From: Oculina patagonica
Lineage: Eukaryota
Assembly (NCBI RefSeq): GCF_052425735.1
Contig: NW_027558470.1
Span: forward strand, 1 to 64,000
Direction of reading: 5' to 3'
Length of the DNA stretch: 64,000 nt
In this document: positions 61,743 to 64,000 of the stretch, piece after piece
Position numbering within the stretch: position 1 is the first letter of the stretch
Layout: each line of letters starts with the position of its first letter
Made by a program: the position numbers and the translations under genes
The notes under the pieces: model-generated
Told to the model about the DNA's origin: nothing
Seen by the model: the letters and a program-made list of their open reading frames with translations, nothing else
Database searches by the model: none

Positions 61743-62853
61743 ACTGTTTCAAGTCTTTGCGTGAAATCCACGTCTGATAATCAGGTGCCACTCCTTGCCA
61801 GTTCACTAACACTTGTCGAGTGGGTCCACGTCCTTTGTATTTAAGCTTTTTGGTCACGCGCCATCGATTGGGTAAACCTCGAACCTTTTGTAGTTGAGGT
61901 TCGTAGAAACGACCTTTCACCTTCCGCCCTTGCCAATCTTCCAACGTGTAATAATTCACGCCATCTGCCACTTGTCGCTTGCGATCCACCACGGTGTACA
62001 CGGCTCGTGACCACACCCCTTTGGCACTCTTAAAACCGAACGCACCTCGTCTCTTGTCCTTCCCTAACAACTTGGAGGTTCTGACGAAATCCCCGGGTCG
62101 AAACTTGTAACGGTTCAATGGGATTGTAGGTTTGTACAACCGTTGCCACACCACTTCGGCATTGTAGTCGTTCACGTCGGCAGGTGCCATTCGAATGCTT
62201 GAATGAATGCGTTGGTTGTACCTGTCCACTAGTTCGGGTAAGGCGTCTAAGTACTTGGGCGTGTTGTGCGCAGTCATGTACTTGTAGGTGAGTTCTTTTA
62301 GGGAACGGTTAAAACGCTCGACCACGGAAGCTTTGGGTTCTCCCTGCGTGGAATAGTGGTGGATGTCGTACTCGTCCAACAAACGTTTTACGTGTTTGTT
62401 GTAAAATTCTTTACCTTGATCGGTGTGCAAATTTACGGGTCGCCGTCCCTGGTTGTGTTCCAGCAAGTACCGCAATGCATCTCGCACGGCTGTCCCGCGT
62501 TTACTTTTCAAACCCACCACCCAGGCATACTTGCTCAAGACGTCGATGACGGTAAGGAGGTAACGCGTTCGCTTGTTAGCTGCCACCAATTTCCGATCCT
62601 GCATTTCGACTAAATCGGCTTGCCAGGTATGATCGAGGGACGGTCCCACCACGGTCTTGCTGCGGGGAAAATCTTCGCGTCGCGGTCGGTGTAAGGTAAA
62701 GGAGGGTTCACCTTGCAAATACGTTTGAGCAGCTTGTCGAGACACGCCTAAGGATTTAGCGACATTGATCAATTCCTGCGCATTCCCACTCAGCGCGTAA
62801 GGGCTGTCTTCGTCTAAATACAAGGCATCTAGCGTGCTCTGTTTCTTCGCCAT
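61735..62853 (-). CDS. Retroviral-like (rve) integrase with C-terminal chromodomain
   Basis: WQADL, IDVLSKYAW, HTDQGKEF, VVERFNR (D,D,E); VLVNWQGVAPDYQTWI chromo-like tail; likely start MAKKQ at 62853. Confidence 0.95.
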   Translation of the reverse strand: MAKKQSTLDALYLDEDSPYALSGNAQELINVAKSLGVSRQAAQTYLQGEPSFTLHRPRREDFPRSKTVVGPSLDHTWQADLVEMQDRKLVAANKRTRYLLTVIDVLSKYAWVVGLKSKRGTAVRDALRYLLEHNQGRRPVNLHTDQGKEFYNKHVKRLLDEYDIHHYSTQGEPKASVVERFNRSLKELTYKYMTAHNTPKYLDALPELVDRYNQRIHSSIRMAPADVNDYNAEVVWQRLYKPTIPLNRYKFRPGDFVRTSKLLGKDKRRGAFGFKSAKGVWSRAVYTVVDRKRQVADGVNYYTLEDWQGRKVKGRFYEPQLQKVRGLPNRWRVTKKLKYKGRGPTRQVLVNWQGVAPDYQTWISRKDLKQYE

Positions 62854-62939
62854 GCTAACACACAGATAAACACTGCTTACAAACATTCATTCTATTTATT
62901 GACTTTGTTCTCTCAAGTTTTCATTACAGTTTTCCTTTG

Positions 62940-63431
62940 TTATGGAGAGTCAGGGAAGGCCACAAAGGGTCCGAGGTTGCGGATCGATTCTTCCAGAGTA
63001 GCAGAGGTGTCTTTTTTCTTGCGTCCACGTTTGGTTGGTTCATTATCTGCAGCCTCTGAGACGGGTCTCTTGCTGGCCTTGTTCTTTGTCTGGCTATCGT
63101 TCTCCTCCAGAGAATTTCCCAATCCAGCTCGTTTCCATTCATAGTTCATCTCTTCCCAGGCTTGTTGGATTTCTATGACTTTTTGCGGCAAAGATCCAAT
63201 GGCACTCAACAATCGAAGCTTGGTTTTCATGTATAACTGGGGTGAACTTTCCACCACCCTGGACACTAGGGTGTTGGACAGTTGGGTACTGATGTAAGCC
63301 AACTGCTCCAGCAACTGACGGATGGTTCGGAATTGTTCTTCCACACTCATGATGTGCACTTGACGATGACTTCCGTAAAATGAAAAACGTTTCGATGTGT
63401 ACGCGCTATTATACATTTTTGGAATGCACAC
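62940..63431 (-). CDS. Polinton hypothetical protein (helical N-terminus, KRGRKKK NLS-like)
   Basis: Intact ORF between integrase and pPolB; true start uncertain. Confidence 0.6.
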   Translation of the reverse strand: MCIPKMYNSAYTSKRFSFYGSHRQVHIMSVEEQFRTIRQLLEQLAYISTQLSNTLVSRVVESSPQLYMKTKLRLLSAIGSLPQKVIEIQQAWEEMNYEWKRAGLGNSLEENDSQTKNKASKRPVSEAADNEPTKRGRKKKDTSATLEESIRNLGPFVAFPDSP

Positions 63432-63603
63432 ACATGCTCAAACCACTCTTTTTTTAAACAACATGTACTTTTATTGATGAGTCAGAAATATAATATGTGA
63501 CAAAATTTAAAGAAAATTAGACCTCCTTACTCTTAAGAGCTCGCTCACGACCTTATAAACATCTTGCAAAAGTCACGACGCTGTTCAGTTTCTGTTCTTA
63601 AAG

Positions 63604-64000
63604 TTAAATGTCCAGGGGGATTGTCGACACGCCATCTGATAAAACTTTCCTTTTGGGGTAAAAATAAGAAAAGCCTGTGCGATGTTGGCTGTAGGTCAAC
63701 ACACGGTTGTTGACAACACGAAAGCCTCTGTTTTCACCATCCTGACTGTTTCCTGTCTGCAACACCCTCAAATAGATATCCTTGGTGGGGTTGTTCAGTC
63801 GTTTGGAAATACCTTTGCAAGAAGCTTTGTTGCCCTGTTCACTCCAACAAGAGTATGTCTTCGAGTTAAGCCCCACGAAACCATCTCCACTCCATTCTAC
63901 CTTGAATAGGCCAGGCGTCCTCTTGTCATAGGCAGCGTTCTCTTCTGTTTCAGTACGAGGAAACCAGTTGCTCTTGTCTCTTTCATACTCTTCTTTCTTT
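63604..64000 (-). CDS. Protein-primed family B DNA polymerase, C-terminal part
   Basis: DKRTPGLFKVEW..FVGLNSKTY..KASCKGI..NRGFR..YPKRKVLSDGVSTIPLDI*; open to the window edge. Confidence 0.92.
   Translation of the reverse strand, partial: KKEEYERDKSNWFPRTETEENAAYDKRTPGLFKVEWSGDGFVGLNSKTYSCWSEQGNKASCKGISKRLNNPTKDIYLRVLQTGNSQDGENRGFRVVNNRVLTYSQHRTGFSYFYPKRKVLSDGVSTIPLDI

Larger units (their letters stand above)
52366..64000 (-). mobile_element. Polinton/Maverick (adintovirus-like endogenous virus); one terminus in window, continues past 64000
   Basis: Terminal AGTAGTAGT at 52366; abrupt switch to GC-richer, intronless, tightly packed or overlapping ORFs; pPolB, rve integrase, penton, MCP, adenain and ATPase all present. 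Confidence 0.95.

Noticed and set aside
53064-63909. Plus-strand and alternate-frame ORFs within the Polinton
   Set aside because: Shadows of the minus-strand genes with no motifs of their own.

Overview
AT-rich animal genomic DNA, probably a stony coral or other cnidarian (inferred from the repeat types), made almost entirely of nested mobile elements. There are three main components. (1) A minus-strand, intron-rich gene (ATG 51413 to TAA 17145) that the ORF track shows only in pieces. By hand it splices into one open frame of 22 GT-AG exons (3705 nt, 1234 aa), plus up to 7 optional 63-nt GC-donor exons. The product is a PR-Set7/KMT5A-type SET methyltransferase, Cys-rich Zn finger, acidic linker, two Zn fingers, a tyrosine recombinase and a Myb/SANT-like C-terminus. 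It is probably the mobility gene of a very large Crypton-like element. That element's left end may be the GTCCCCACA-repeat block abutting a (TTAC)n(TCAC)n microsatellite at about 6043, with an intronless BTB/Skp1-like ORF as possible cargo. (2) An apparently intact Polinton/Maverick (adintovirus-like) from 52366 past the window end. It carries a Zn-binding DEDDh exonuclease, five small ORFs with QxGG motifs, packaging ATPase, adenain protease, major capsid protein, tandem double penton, chromodomain rve integrase and the pPolB C-terminus. (3) Many non-autonomous elements: Helentron-like, CACTA, hAT, Tc1/mariner, Mutator, Kolobok, a Penelope palindrome and a tRNA-derived SINE. All family assignments are from motif recognition only; no searches were run.
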